A model generated the notes under the pieces. That model was not told the DNA's origin, did not search any database, and saw nothing but the letters and a program-made list of their open reading frames with translations. A stretch of DNA of 50,623 nucleotides from a virus (taxonomy: Duplodnaviria; Caudoviricetes), in IMG/VR virus record IMGVR_UViG_3300033156_000251, positions 1 through 50,623 of that record; one strand, 5' to 3'. This document shows positions 28,401 through 37,288 of the stretch, in pieces. The stretch's first letter is position 1. Every line of letters starts with the position of its first letter. Both the position numbers and the translations under genes were made by a program.

Positions 28401-28806
28401 CCAAACCGGTATCTCTCCTAGACTCATTCTCACGTAGTATAATATCCACATCTCCCGCTTTCTCCATGTTATTTACTGCAGAACCTCCGAGAGACACGTA
28501 GTCAGGTACAACTACTATTTCTCCAAGATTAGTCGTGTCAATCCCAAGCTTGACGATTTCCATTGCTTTCTTAAAAGCTGCCCTATCTATATCTTCTGTG
28601 CTATGCTCAAGCTTACGGCGATTGTATTCATTGAGCAATAACCTATACTTCGACAGAAAGCTCGAACGGTTCAAACTACCTACTACAGCTTTGTTATTCC
28701 CTTTGAAATTCTTATTCCAAAGCTGTATGAAACGCAGCCTTAATATCAGCAGCTCTTTATCTGGAGCCTTAGAAAGACTCGTCCTAGTAACTTCTTCTAT
28801 ACGCAT
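25465..28806 (-). CDS. Multidomain prohead-protease polyprotein: nucleotidyltransferase + SAM methyltransferase + Zn finger + ATP-dependent DNA ligase + LigD-phosphoesterase-like + XkdF-type protease
   Basis: GGS...DVD; LSLGCGSG...HFLEHV; CMSC..CKNC; EEKLNGFR..FDL..EGVVIK..WSKIK; HLDLRL; IVYEPDEVDSQGD...H...GSW...IKSGKLTGYSMAG. Confidence 0.85.
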   Translation of the reverse strand: MRIEEVTRTSLSKAPDKELLILRLRFIQLWNKNFKGNNKAVVGSLNRSSFLSKYRLLLNEYNRRKLEHSTEDIDRAAFKKAMEIVKLGIDTTNLGEIVVVPDYVSLGGSAVNNMEKAGDVDIILRENESRRDTGLELKLVRILDKQKNVASKEKEFIYSERGPHSTYIPLYDLVLRPKEDSQKVEVKEDYRKSAETERAYYEGLDTWSKDFEAEYRELTKYLVGDTVLSLGCGSGRLEKRLSSIYRVKGIDNNKTALDMCKSKGLRVDNVDLEKKEIPYDDNIFDNVIGVHFLEHVANTNDVIGEAVRVAKKRAIFIVPLGERQDPTHKQIYKDIPDFKKQVVSEIGVPDNSIKLHKISGGDNSAILVLELDKLQKSRHRRDQCMSCSAKPTIECLWAEGNGHAWFCKNCFKKWATKGDGAGEIISVKEIQGEASKNFADNTSPNIKDKFEFLKSVLKPFGKYTPPKPTMANITEAFRFEDIADWIKDKWPVDVEEKLNGFRCIAEKSGDKLRIWSEGRQDRTKAFQDLTDVLSKVNEDFILDFNLGIDRKGKPLPRIKLMTLMADKPVFEEGDVIKATCFDLPYWSEDLHEKPLKDRRKKLEEFYNKYLKGSDNFALTNFVVAHNQKELERAFNKLSKLPQSEGVVIKALDSIWDTDGSNEGWSKIKLEAEIKVIVFERNTTKKGDAYNYHCGVLLGDTDYTNTIKFRGKTYVDFGNTFNTKIEAQPGDILTIGIEEIIPDEKNNKLQWLGPRVIDIDKDRKEPYYANQVVAIASRGNILQKKVEGNIDYEVGDTGRGVLQLHIMGIEEKYLDDLKKVASEAYASRHNYRKLRMLLKGAIGEQAAHLDLRLARKGDKYFEGGEIMIGNLTGLSKLDKFLNEPNAKLRFGWKTPHAEEPTAETIRGPVSWMDAGSKRLEIFEPGEVGAFANTYAAMLQLDDFSFKVTQADRHAKKMVFANCKMLKDGEYLFAYVPVGEGRVWMISRLKSEEKKFEKYVPFFVQKSDERIVCGIVYEPDEVDSQGDMTTEDEIRKAAYQFMEEVQKFKMNHKGKPVKARVLESYIAPNDLVIAGHEVKKGSWLLTTRILDKQIWDDIKSGKLTGYSMAGYARTE

Positions 28807-28810
28807 AGTC

Positions 28811-29116
28811 TCAACTCTGTTTATATAATACTAATAACCAAGTTACTACTGCCACAGTGCCTGCTATTATAATGTATTTCAAAATGTCCAACCAGAAATT
28901 AGAAAACACTCTATGTTTATTGGCGTCATTATAGAGATAATTTAGTTTGTCAATAACACCTGGGTTTTCAAAAAGTACACTACGATTATCTGCTACGTCT
29001 CTTTCCAGCATCTCATGTTGCTTTGTATGTTCCGCCTTCCAGATAAGAAGTTGATCTACCTTATTGTCAATGATATCTAGCTTTTCATAAATCTTGTCAC
29101 TGTTTAAATCTGCCAT
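28811..29116 (-). CDS. Coiled-coil protein with C-terminal TM helix (holin/XhlA-like, putative)
   Basis: Soluble N-terminus and a single C-terminal hydrophobic helix. Confidence 0.5.
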   Translation of the reverse strand: MADLNSDKIYEKLDIIDNKVDQLLIWKAEHTKQHEMLERDVADNRSVLFENPGVIDKLNYLYNDANKHRVFSNFWLDILKYIIIAGTVAVVTWLLVLYKQS

Positions 29117-29141
29117 GATGTACTTTCCTAAAAACCTTTTA

Positions 29142-29285
29142 CTACTTCTCTTCTGATGTTTGTTGTAAACTTCCTAAAAACTCAAAATCGTCTAAGGTGC
29201 CAAGAAACTTCTTCTTCTTCTGCGACTCTTCTACTCCATCCTCATTGTCCTTCTTCACTTTTTTAATTTCTTCAATTTCAGACAT
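29142..29285 (-). CDS. 47-aa charged peptide directly after the MuF-ART gene (candidate inhibitor/immunity)
   Basis: MSEIEEIKKVKKDNEDGVEESQKKKKFLGTLDDFEFLG...*; starts 3 nt after the MuF stop. Confidence 0.5.
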   Translation of the reverse strand: MSEIEEIKKVKKDNEDGVEESQKKKKFLGTLDDFEFLGSLQQTSEEK

Positions 29286-29288
29286 AAA

Positions 29289-32200
29289 TCATAACTCCGT
29301 TAAGTAAACGTTCTTCCCTACTACCTTATCAACTTTAAAAGATGTGCCTTTCGGAAATAGTACTTCTTGCTCCGTTTTTTGCCAGGACAGGTTAGTAAGA
29401 TCCCTTCCTGATTTACTTTTTACTATTAGTCTTATATCACTGGGGTATCTTTCATCAACTAGCTTTTTACTTTTTGAACACGACATAAAAGACTTAGATT
29501 TAAATATGTTCCCAGGAACGAAAGTTCTTTCAAAGAATTTTTTGTTGCTCTTGGTTATATACATACCTCTATAGCAAGTTCCACTCCAGCCATCAAGTTT
29601 CAATAAAGACTTTTGTAGCTCATCTGCCTTTTTAAGATAATACTTAGTTTTTACTGGATCCTCAAAACCTTCACGTAAAGCATGGTTCACATTGACATAT
29701 CCTGGGCCTGTATAATCTTGTATGTTGCGCATATCTGCTTCAGTAAACTTTTCGCCACTTGCTTTAACAGGCATTGGTTTTGCCTCATCAGGTGCTACCA
29801 CCTTTTTTGGCCTGGCTACTGCTTTTGGTTTAGGTGAAGTCTCAGGCAATTTAGCTTTTGCTGGTAGTTCTTTTAAGTGTACTTCCCAGTAATCCCCTCC
29901 ATACTTTCTATCATACTTCAGCTTGGAACTAACTATTTTAAATTTCGTATTCTTTCTAATGAGAACTTCATTTTCTGCCCTATGCATGAAATCTCTAAAC
30001 TTGCCTAACTCCGCTCCTGATTTCAAATCTATCTTCATTACAACCCCTACTCTATCAGGCTGGGAGATTTCCGTTTGTACAAATGGCTTTATTTGTTTTT
30101 CATATTTAGCGGTGGAAGCAAAAGACTCAGCTGTCCAGGTCTTCGCTTTTTTACCAAACATTTTAGCCGCTTGCTTTCTGCTTAGGGTCATGCCTCGATA
30201 AACAGTACCCTTATAGTCGGGCATATGACTTACTAGCTGCTCCAAGTAAGGCAGATAATAAGAAGCCTGTTTGCCTCTCCAGGAAGAGACGGGTTTAATT
30301 CCTCTTTGTATCTTAGTCATCTCTTCAGATATAAAATCCTCTGACTGCCATTGATAGACTGCAAACCTTTGTCTAGCGTTTGCATATTTGAAAACTTCTT
30401 TGTGACTTAATTGACCGGTCGGTATGGGAGTTGGTTTTACATATCCCTTCTTTTTGTTCTCTTTCAGAGCCTTTTGCCAGAGCTTCCACTTGGGGTTTAA
30501 AACACGTTTATCACGCTCATTCAGTATGTATTTATAATACTTCCAGTTTATCGGGCACAAGCCACCTTCTCTTGCTAGAGCATACAAACGCTCATCATCA
30601 GACATGGTTTTACCTCTCATGGCTGTTCTAGTGTCAGTGCCCCAATTAGGATAGGTTGGTTTACCAACTGCCACGGGTTCTGGTTCTGGAGCAGGTTTTG
30701 GTTTAGGCTTAGGCTTAGGCGTCACTTTCGGTTTAGATGGAGCCTTAGGCAACTTACCTTCTACAGGTTCAATGTAATAAGTTATTTCCTTAGCACCCTT
30801 TACTCTACGAGTAGTTTTACGTAATACTCTGAATCTTGTAGCTGCCCCAACTAGCACTTCTTGCTCTTCTGGATTTGCAGCTACAGTTGTAAAGTCAGCA
30901 CATCGGCGAGGCGCTTTCTTTACTACAAATAGAACTTTCGTATGAACATCTTTTATCTTAGCTCCATAACCTGCAAAACCCTCCGCCCATTTCCGGCTCT
31001 TAGAAAAGCTAGTCAAAGCAGATGTGGTAAATTCCTTGTTAGCAAGCTGTTCTTCTAACCTGGCCAAATCCTTCTTTCCTTTTGTCCCTATAAATCTCAT
31101 GCCTCTGTATATTTCACCCTTCACAGGTGGAGCAGTTGAAATCAGACGTTCAAGACGAGCAATAGTTTCTAATTGCAAACGTTGATTAGCAGTTAATGCT
31201 GAAAGTTTCTTTTTACCAGATAATATAGCTGCTTCCAGTTTTCGTAGTAGGTTAAATTCTGAAGTACTATAACCAGCAACTGCTGACTCATCTCCCCAAG
31301 TAAATGACTTGCGCCATTCTTCTATTGTTTTGTAACGAGGTAGCCTAGACATGTCAGATAAACCACCCTTGTGCCCAAGCTCTGCAAGTTTCCGGCGTAT
31401 CTTCCTACGCTCATCTGCGTCAAGTGTCCGGTGCACAGCAGTCATCAGTTCTTCTACTGTCATACCTTCTGTCACACCTTCTGGGACTGGAATTTTTGGC
31501 CTAGGTTTAAGCCCACCCTTATGTCCTAATTTCCGCAGTTGCCGGCGTATTTTACGTTTATCTGCAGGGGACTTAGCCTTAGCTAATTTATCTAGCAAGT
31601 CGTCTATGTGCCTATCCCTTAACTGGTCAGGTGGAATACAAGCTGCTTTTGACATCTTGATAATTCCCCTACAGACTGGAGTGTTTGCCACAACTGGTAA
31701 CAAAGCACATCTGCAGTTTGGGTGTACTGGTATAAGACTTTTGGCTTCCTTGAGAGTATATATTCTTCCATTCATTTCACCACATGTAGGACAACAACCT
31801 TCATAGGCAGAGAATTCAAGCTTTTCTACTCCCAAGTCACTCATACCAATTGTATAACCCAAATTCTGTGCACGAGCAGTTTCAGTTCTTGCAATAGTTA
31901 TTGTTCTACGACGATGTGTCTTACCAGCATATTTTTGTACTCTCTTGTCTATCTCATCCGCTGTAAGTTCGGGGTATCTTTCTTTGTCTGATAGCAGGTT
32001 GCGGTAATTTACAATAGACTTAGTTTGCCTCTCAGTAAGCCCAACTAGAGGACGCAACTCTCTGGCAATTTTATCCATCGACTTACCTTCTTTTATACCA
32101 GTAGCGATGTAGGTGCGTATGCCTTTACGTGTTTCGTTATTCACCTCTCTTACTAAATTTGCTGTAAAGCTCTTTGCTGCTTTTACAGCTTCAGGATTGA

Positions 32201-32504
32201 GAACATCAAAAGCCCCGCTTATAAGGAATAATTTATAAGCTGCATCACCACCATCCTTCATAACTGATAGAGTAGCTGGTTTAAGTATTTCCTCACCCTG
32301 GTCTTGTAGATATTCCCAATCGGTTAGCTCTGCCGTAACATCTTTAGCAAATTTATTTTGTAGATCTGACTGTATTTGCTTAATAGTAAAAGCAAACCAT
32401 TTCTGTACAGCTTCCTGAAACACTTTCTCATTACGCAGTAAGTGCCAATCTAGCTTACGATGTATCTGATTCAATTTAACTGCTTTTGCAATTGGTATAT
32501 TCAC
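29289..32504 (-). CDS. MuF/SPP1 gp7-like minor head protein with three ADP-ribosyltransferase domains
   Basis: IARTETARA...CCPTC...PVHPNCRC MuF core, and three R-S-E sets: YRG/TSFS/EQE, YRG/ASTA/ENE, YRG/MSCS/EQE. Confidence 0.9.
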   Translation of the reverse strand: MNIPIAKAVKLNQIHRKLDWHLLRNEKVFQEAVQKWFAFTIKQIQSDLQNKFAKDVTAELTDWEYLQDQGEEILKPATLSVMKDGGDAAYKLFLISGAFDVLNPEAVKAAKSFTANLVREVNNETRKGIRTYIATGIKEGKSMDKIARELRPLVGLTERQTKSIVNYRNLLSDKERYPELTADEIDKRVQKYAGKTHRRRTITIARTETARAQNLGYTIGMSDLGVEKLEFSAYEGCCPTCGEMNGRIYTLKEAKSLIPVHPNCRCALLPVVANTPVCRGIIKMSKAACIPPDQLRDRHIDDLLDKLAKAKSPADKRKIRRQLRKLGHKGGLKPRPKIPVPEGVTEGMTVEELMTAVHRTLDADERRKIRRKLAELGHKGGLSDMSRLPRYKTIEEWRKSFTWGDESAVAGYSTSEFNLLRKLEAAILSGKKKLSALTANQRLQLETIARLERLISTAPPVKGEIYRGMRFIGTKGKKDLARLEEQLANKEFTTSALTSFSKSRKWAEGFAGYGAKIKDVHTKVLFVVKKAPRRCADFTTVAANPEEQEVLVGAATRFRVLRKTTRRVKGAKEITYYIEPVEGKLPKAPSKPKVTPKPKPKPKPAPEPEPVAVGKPTYPNWGTDTRTAMRGKTMSDDERLYALAREGGLCPINWKYYKYILNERDKRVLNPKWKLWQKALKENKKKGYVKPTPIPTGQLSHKEVFKYANARQRFAVYQWQSEDFISEEMTKIQRGIKPVSSWRGKQASYYLPYLEQLVSHMPDYKGTVYRGMTLSRKQAAKMFGKKAKTWTAESFASTAKYEKQIKPFVQTEISQPDRVGVVMKIDLKSGAELGKFRDFMHRAENEVLIRKNTKFKIVSSKLKYDRKYGGDYWEVHLKELPAKAKLPETSPKPKAVARPKKVVAPDEAKPMPVKASGEKFTEADMRNIQDYTGPGYVNVNHALREGFEDPVKTKYYLKKADELQKSLLKLDGWSGTCYRGMYITKSNKKFFERTFVPGNIFKSKSFMSCSKSKKLVDERYPSDIRLIVKSKSGRDLTNLSWQKTEQEVLFPKGTSFKVDKVVGKNVYLTEL

Positions 32505-33937
32505 AGCCAGTTTCCCTCATCATCATCATCATCGTCATCGACTTCTTCATCTACCTCATCTCCAATTTCTTGACCTGCCTTGGCTTTGTCTATGAAGTCA
32601 ATTTCAGATTTGCTAAGTGATTCTTCCGGTGCTTCACCAATCTCTATTAGAGTACTTGACAAGTAGAACTTATCTCCCTCAGAATAAGGTTTATATCCTA
32701 ACTCGTTACGTACTTCATTTGGAGTGAGTACGCCGTGCTCTATTTGTTTAAGCATACGGTCTACCTCACTATTATAATCACGCAAGTCTATGTTTTCAAA
32801 CTTGAACTCATACGTCTCGCTTTGTAAAAGCTTGCTATTTATAATATCTTCCAGATCGGTCTGAAGCGGTTCTACTACGCTTTGCACGTATACTCGAATA
32901 GCTTCTTCTGCTACATTACCACCTAAAGCTCCGGTGACACGAACACCAACTCTTTCTGGTGGCATAGAATAAGCGATGAGAATATCATCCCTACGCATTT
33001 GTTCGTAAAGCCTAAAGCTCGCTTCTTTGACTTCGGTAGATAAAGGTTTGTAAGTGAAGGTGCAATTCTCAGGCTGAGACACGACTAAGGTTCGGTGTGC
33101 ATTCTCATTACCCTTGAATTCCCCATTCAAAAATTCTGTAATAGTCTTGTCAGACCCTTCTTCCCAGTCACCTTCTAGAATAATGATAGCAGAGGGTATG
33201 CCATAGTTCTCAAAGAACGCCAGATTATAATCTCGCAGACTAATCAATCCTAAAATATCACCTATAGCCGAGATTCCATTTGGTACTCCATAATAGTCAG
33301 ACTTGGGGTAGAAGTTCTTATAGAAAATCAGCTCATTAGCACGTGTGTCGTAGTCGAACTTTCCTTCTCTCCCATCTTTGGCAGAGATGTCTTTCTCTAA
33401 GCCAAACTTCTTAAACCAAACCTTATTGCCGTTGCGTATCTGACAATACTTCTCTCCGGATGAATGTACTCTGATGGTATGTGCTGGAACGTGATAGATC
33501 TGTGCAGGTGTTCCTAAGTTGTTCCTCACTACCTCCAACCCAAACCACCCTATGGATCCCCAGTCAATCAGAAGTTGTTTCAGAATAGTTCTCAGATGCT
33601 CTTCAGGGTTTGGATTATCTAAGAATTCATGTAGTCGTTTAAACTCAGCATCATTCTCTTTACATCCTTCACGGAGTTGAAGATTCCATCCTAAACCAGC
33701 TACGTCAATAGCTAACTGATTTATACATCGCATGTATATGGCGTTAGATTCATAAAGTGTAAGCAGCACATCCGGAGAATAAGGAGGCCAAATCAAATCG
33801 TTCTGCTTCATCCAATGAGATGTCTCTTTAAGCTGTTGTGATTCTTTCTGCTTCACTGCTGCTTTCTTCAAAACAGAGTATGGATAAACACCCTTGGATG
33901 TCTGAATATATACTTTGCCTTTCTTAGTCTCAGCCAT
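32501..33937 (-). CDS. Portal protein (PBSX/HK97-like)
   Basis: YYGVP, FFENYGIPS, LTPNEVRNELGYKP. Likely ATG at 33937. Confidence 0.93.
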   Translation of the reverse strand: MAETKKGKVYIQTSKGVYPYSVLKKAAVKQKESQQLKETSHWMKQNDLIWPPYSPDVLLTLYESNAIYMRCINQLAIDVAGLGWNLQLREGCKENDAEFKRLHEFLDNPNPEEHLRTILKQLLIDWGSIGWFGLEVVRNNLGTPAQIYHVPAHTIRVHSSGEKYCQIRNGNKVWFKKFGLEKDISAKDGREGKFDYDTRANELIFYKNFYPKSDYYGVPNGISAIGDILGLISLRDYNLAFFENYGIPSAIIILEGDWEEGSDKTITEFLNGEFKGNENAHRTLVVSQPENCTFTYKPLSTEVKEASFRLYEQMRRDDILIAYSMPPERVGVRVTGALGGNVAEEAIRVYVQSVVEPLQTDLEDIINSKLLQSETYEFKFENIDLRDYNSEVDRMLKQIEHGVLTPNEVRNELGYKPYSEGDKFYLSSTLIEIGEAPEESLSKSEIDFIDKAKAGQEIGDEVDEEVDDDDDDDEGNWL

Positions 33938-34151
33938 TTGTCTTTCCTTGCTTATTGTCAAATACTACCAAATGTGCACCCAGATCTACATCTAATAATC
34001 TTTCATCTGCTAAAGTTTCGTAGTAGAGCTTGACTTCTTCATCATAACTAATATCAAGTATCACTCGCCTGCAGTTCTTTGGTATTATTCCAGCAGACTC
34101 CAACTCTTCTATTAGGCGAGTGTCATGTCCTGTGATAGTTTTCTTGAACAT
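33930..34151 (-). CDS. Hypothetical protein
   Basis: ORF with RBS between the terminase and portal genes. Confidence 0.6.
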   Translation of the reverse strand: MFKKTITGHDTRLIEELESAGIIPKNCRRVILDISYDEEVKLYYETLADERLLDVDLGAHLVVFDNKQGKTNG

Positions 34152-34172
34152 AGTCTACTTTCCTTCATAATT

Positions 34173-35468
34173 CTATGCAGCATAAACATAGCCCTTCCTG
34201 GACGGTCTTTCTACTGAATAAATGACATATCTCAGAGCATCACAAGTATGGTCATTCTTTTTAAGAGGTATATCTTTTGGGTTGTTACTCTTTGTCCCTT
34301 CTGGGTATTTATAAGAAGCAAGCTCTTGACAAGTATGTTTACAACTGTTGAAGATAAATAAGCTAGGCTTCCCATTTGCTTTGACTTTGAGTTTACTCTG
34401 TACCAGTTCAATACCCTTACTGATATCTTTTCTCGCTGGTTTTGTTATAATACCTGCCTTCCTGAGTTCGGCCCTGTCACCTGCGTTTTCCGGATCAGCC
34501 CAAGAAGCTACATACTGCTCATCCTTACTCAATCGCTTGACAGCTGAAATATGTTCTCCTATACCAGTCTTGGCTTTGTAATACTCACGATAGACATACC
34601 AATTATCATCACCGTCCTGTGCTAGCCAAAGACACACGAAGGGATTAGTAAAACCAAAATCAAAGCCTCTGTATCTTCTCCAGGTATCAGGTATCTTGAA
34701 AGGCTTAATAACATGTGTGGCACGATTGTAGCTTTTATACACTGCTCCATAGAAGGAAGCAAAATGTCCTTTGATACGAGTAGCCTGTACTTCTTCTGGC
34801 CATTGTGCTATCATACTATCTATTCGTTCATCTGCAACATACCCACCTCTTGAAACACGGTTCGAGTTTAGGTCTGCGTAAAATACTTCATCCGTGGGCG
34901 GTAAATCTTCAATCCGTTCTTCCAGAAAAGGTTGTGGTACTATAGGTGTCATTGACCAGCTCAGGTAACCCTTCTTTACCATAAGCCTGGCCATTATCTC
35001 ATCAAATATGCCTTGAAAATCATGGTGGCACTGCTCATCACAATAACAAGAGTCAATAGCTCTACCCTGAAATAATTCTCTCCCCTGGTTGAAAGCCTTG
35101 AATTCTATCCTAGTGCCATTTTTAAGAAGGACTTTCTTTGGTACTCTGTCCTGCCCGTAACTGACACTGAAGATATGGTGTTGAGGAATGAACTTCTTCA
35201 AGTTCTCCTCCCAAAGAATATCTCTAGCTTGTTCCCAGCTTTCTATGCATACCCAATGAAGTCCTTGATGGATAGTTCTATAAGGATGAACACCCATAGC
35301 TACTTGTGCTAAATCAATCATGTTAGTATGTGTCTTACCTGACTGGTTGCCACCAAAAAACCAGCGTATATTCGCCTTCGATTTGTGAAAGGCCTTCTGC
35401 ACATCATCCAAAGGCTTATATAAAGCAAGCTCTTTACCTAACCACTTTATTTCTTCAATCGTAAGCAT
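34173..35468 (-). CDS. Terminase large subunit
   Basis: GGNQSGKT Walker A, YCDEQ Walker B, and GFDFG and DHTCDALRY nuclease motifs. Confidence 0.95.
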   Translation of the reverse strand: MLTIEEIKWLGKELALYKPLDDVQKAFHKSKANIRWFFGGNQSGKTHTNMIDLAQVAMGVHPYRTIHQGLHWVCIESWEQARDILWEENLKKFIPQHHIFSVSYGQDRVPKKVLLKNGTRIEFKAFNQGRELFQGRAIDSCYCDEQCHHDFQGIFDEIMARLMVKKGYLSWSMTPIVPQPFLEERIEDLPPTDEVFYADLNSNRVSRGGYVADERIDSMIAQWPEEVQATRIKGHFASFYGAVYKSYNRATHVIKPFKIPDTWRRYRGFDFGFTNPFVCLWLAQDGDDNWYVYREYYKAKTGIGEHISAVKRLSKDEQYVASWADPENAGDRAELRKAGIITKPARKDISKGIELVQSKLKVKANGKPSLFIFNSCKHTCQELASYKYPEGTKSNNPKDIPLKKNDHTCDALRYVIYSVERPSRKGYVYAA

Positions 35469-37285
35469 TACGCTTCTTTCTCAAGTCTACCAAGTACATT
35501 ATCATTACTAGTAACATTCTCACCACTTGTGTTTTTCATCGTCTGACGTAGCAGGACTTCTTTGCTATCCTTCTCTCGATACTCCAACACCCATGGATTT
35601 CCAGATGTGTCTATTACTTTGTCTGCTTTCACCATATCCTGTATGTTTGCAATACCATCATTGTCAGGTGCCACTTTATTAGGTGCGTAATTCGGTTGTG
35701 AGGTTGCCAGGACTGCTCCATCGGCACCAGTCAGTTTGTCTAAATCATTCTGTGCAGTATTTATTGCCGCAGGTATAGTAGTACCAGTGTCTTCCAGGAT
35801 ATCGTGCAACCGTTCAGCACCTGAATATGCCTCACTGTCGTGCTCAGTCAAGTCTTCAGACCAGACAGCATCGGCTATTTCACCTGCCGTCGGAGCAGTG
35901 CCAGCAGGATCAGGCACCACGATATTCGGAGCATAGTTCGGCTGAGAACTGTTGAGTATTACACCATCCGTGCCGGTTATTATATCCAAGTCCGCCTGCG
36001 CTGTATCCAGCTTGCCTGCCAGGATGCTCTGGTCAGCAGGATCATCAGGGAGATTGTCTGTCTTAGACTTGATAGCAGCAACATCTCCGGTGCCTCCAGC
36101 TTTGATTATGTTGTGTATATTCGCAATGTTCGTGTTGTCTGGTACCACAGTATTCGGAGCATAGTTGGGTTGTGAACTGTCAAGCACTACACCGTTAGTT
36201 CCAGTAATGATGTCTAGATCTGCCTGCGCAGTATCAAGCTTTCCTTCAAGAACACTTTGATCGGCAGGATCGTCTGGCAAATTATCAGTCTTCGCTTTAA
36301 TCGCTGTAACATCACCAGCACCGGTAGGCTTGATCAAATTGTAAGTACTGGCTATGGTCGTATTGTCAGGAACCACCGTATTGGCACCGTCTGTTCCTCT
36401 CATGTCATCGTTGACTTTGCACGCTTCTATTTTGTGTGTCGCAGGATCATAGCCAGAATCTGCAAAATCTTTCAGGTCTGTGGCACTTTGTGCGTCTCCA
36501 CCTATCTGGGTGACATTAACCTCTGCACCCGCTACATCCGCAGCAGTGGCGGTGGTCCAGTTGTCTTGATTGATTTGCAACTCATCCGTGTCGGCCAGTA
36601 TCGCGTTCACATCGGCACCTATATCGTTGCCGGTTTGTGTCACGCCACCAATCTTTTTAGCATTGACATCCAGCGAGCCGGACAAATCCTGAGCGTCAGA
36701 TGAGATGAGTATTTTATTGTCTGAGCCTTTAGCGTTTGTAGTTATTAACGCCAGGTTGTCTGAAGCCGTACCGCTTTCATTGATTCTTTCGATATTGACG
36801 TTTGGCAAATCGCCCACCGTCGACGTCTCTGTTGTCTTGCCATTGTATTTCCTGCAGTCTGAAGCAATGTAGCCAGCAGTACCATTTTCAAGTGCTGCTT
36901 CCAAATTATTAGCAGCAATTGTGTCATCACTTATCTGTTTAATATTCACGTCTAAATAATCAGAGCCGAACAAAGCATCATAAGCATTTTGTGAGAGTAC
37001 CATAAAATCATGCCAGACAGACAATGCTCCGTTCTTATGCACGCACAACTTCAATCGTCCGAGTGTATTGGTGTCAGTCGCATCTAGAGGACAATCATAC
37101 ATACCTAACTCATCATGCGTGCAAGAAGTTGCGTCATTCTTCTGAGCAAAATCTCCACCATTCTTAGAAAGCCTTACATCTGACTGAGCAATTGTTAGAC
37201 CAGTCTCTTCTGTGTTACCATCGATGTCATCCAGAAATGGCCCAATCTTTACAGTTGCAGCTGTTGATTGTCGTAAGTATTGCAT
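35468..37285 (-). CDS. Fibre-like virion protein with ~76-aa internal repeats
   Basis: Repeated AIK.KTDNLPDDPADQS...DTAQADLDIITG..G...SQPNYAPN.V.PD; rich in D/T/A/G. Confidence 0.6.
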   Translation of the reverse strand: MQYLRQSTAATVKIGPFLDDIDGNTEETGLTIAQSDVRLSKNGGDFAQKNDATSCTHDELGMYDCPLDATDTNTLGRLKLCVHKNGALSVWHDFMVLSQNAYDALFGSDYLDVNIKQISDDTIAANNLEAALENGTAGYIASDCRKYNGKTTETSTVGDLPNVNIERINESGTASDNLALITTNAKGSDNKILISSDAQDLSGSLDVNAKKIGGVTQTGNDIGADVNAILADTDELQINQDNWTTATAADVAGAEVNVTQIGGDAQSATDLKDFADSGYDPATHKIEACKVNDDMRGTDGANTVVPDNTTIASTYNLIKPTGAGDVTAIKAKTDNLPDDPADQSVLEGKLDTAQADLDIITGTNGVVLDSSQPNYAPNTVVPDNTNIANIHNIIKAGGTGDVAAIKSKTDNLPDDPADQSILAGKLDTAQADLDIITGTDGVILNSSQPNYAPNIVVPDPAGTAPTAGEIADAVWSEDLTEHDSEAYSGAERLHDILEDTGTTIPAAINTAQNDLDKLTGADGAVLATSQPNYAPNKVAPDNDGIANIQDMVKADKVIDTSGNPWVLEYREKDSKEVLLRQTMKNTSGENVTSNDNVLGRLEKEA

Positions 37286-37288
37286 TTT

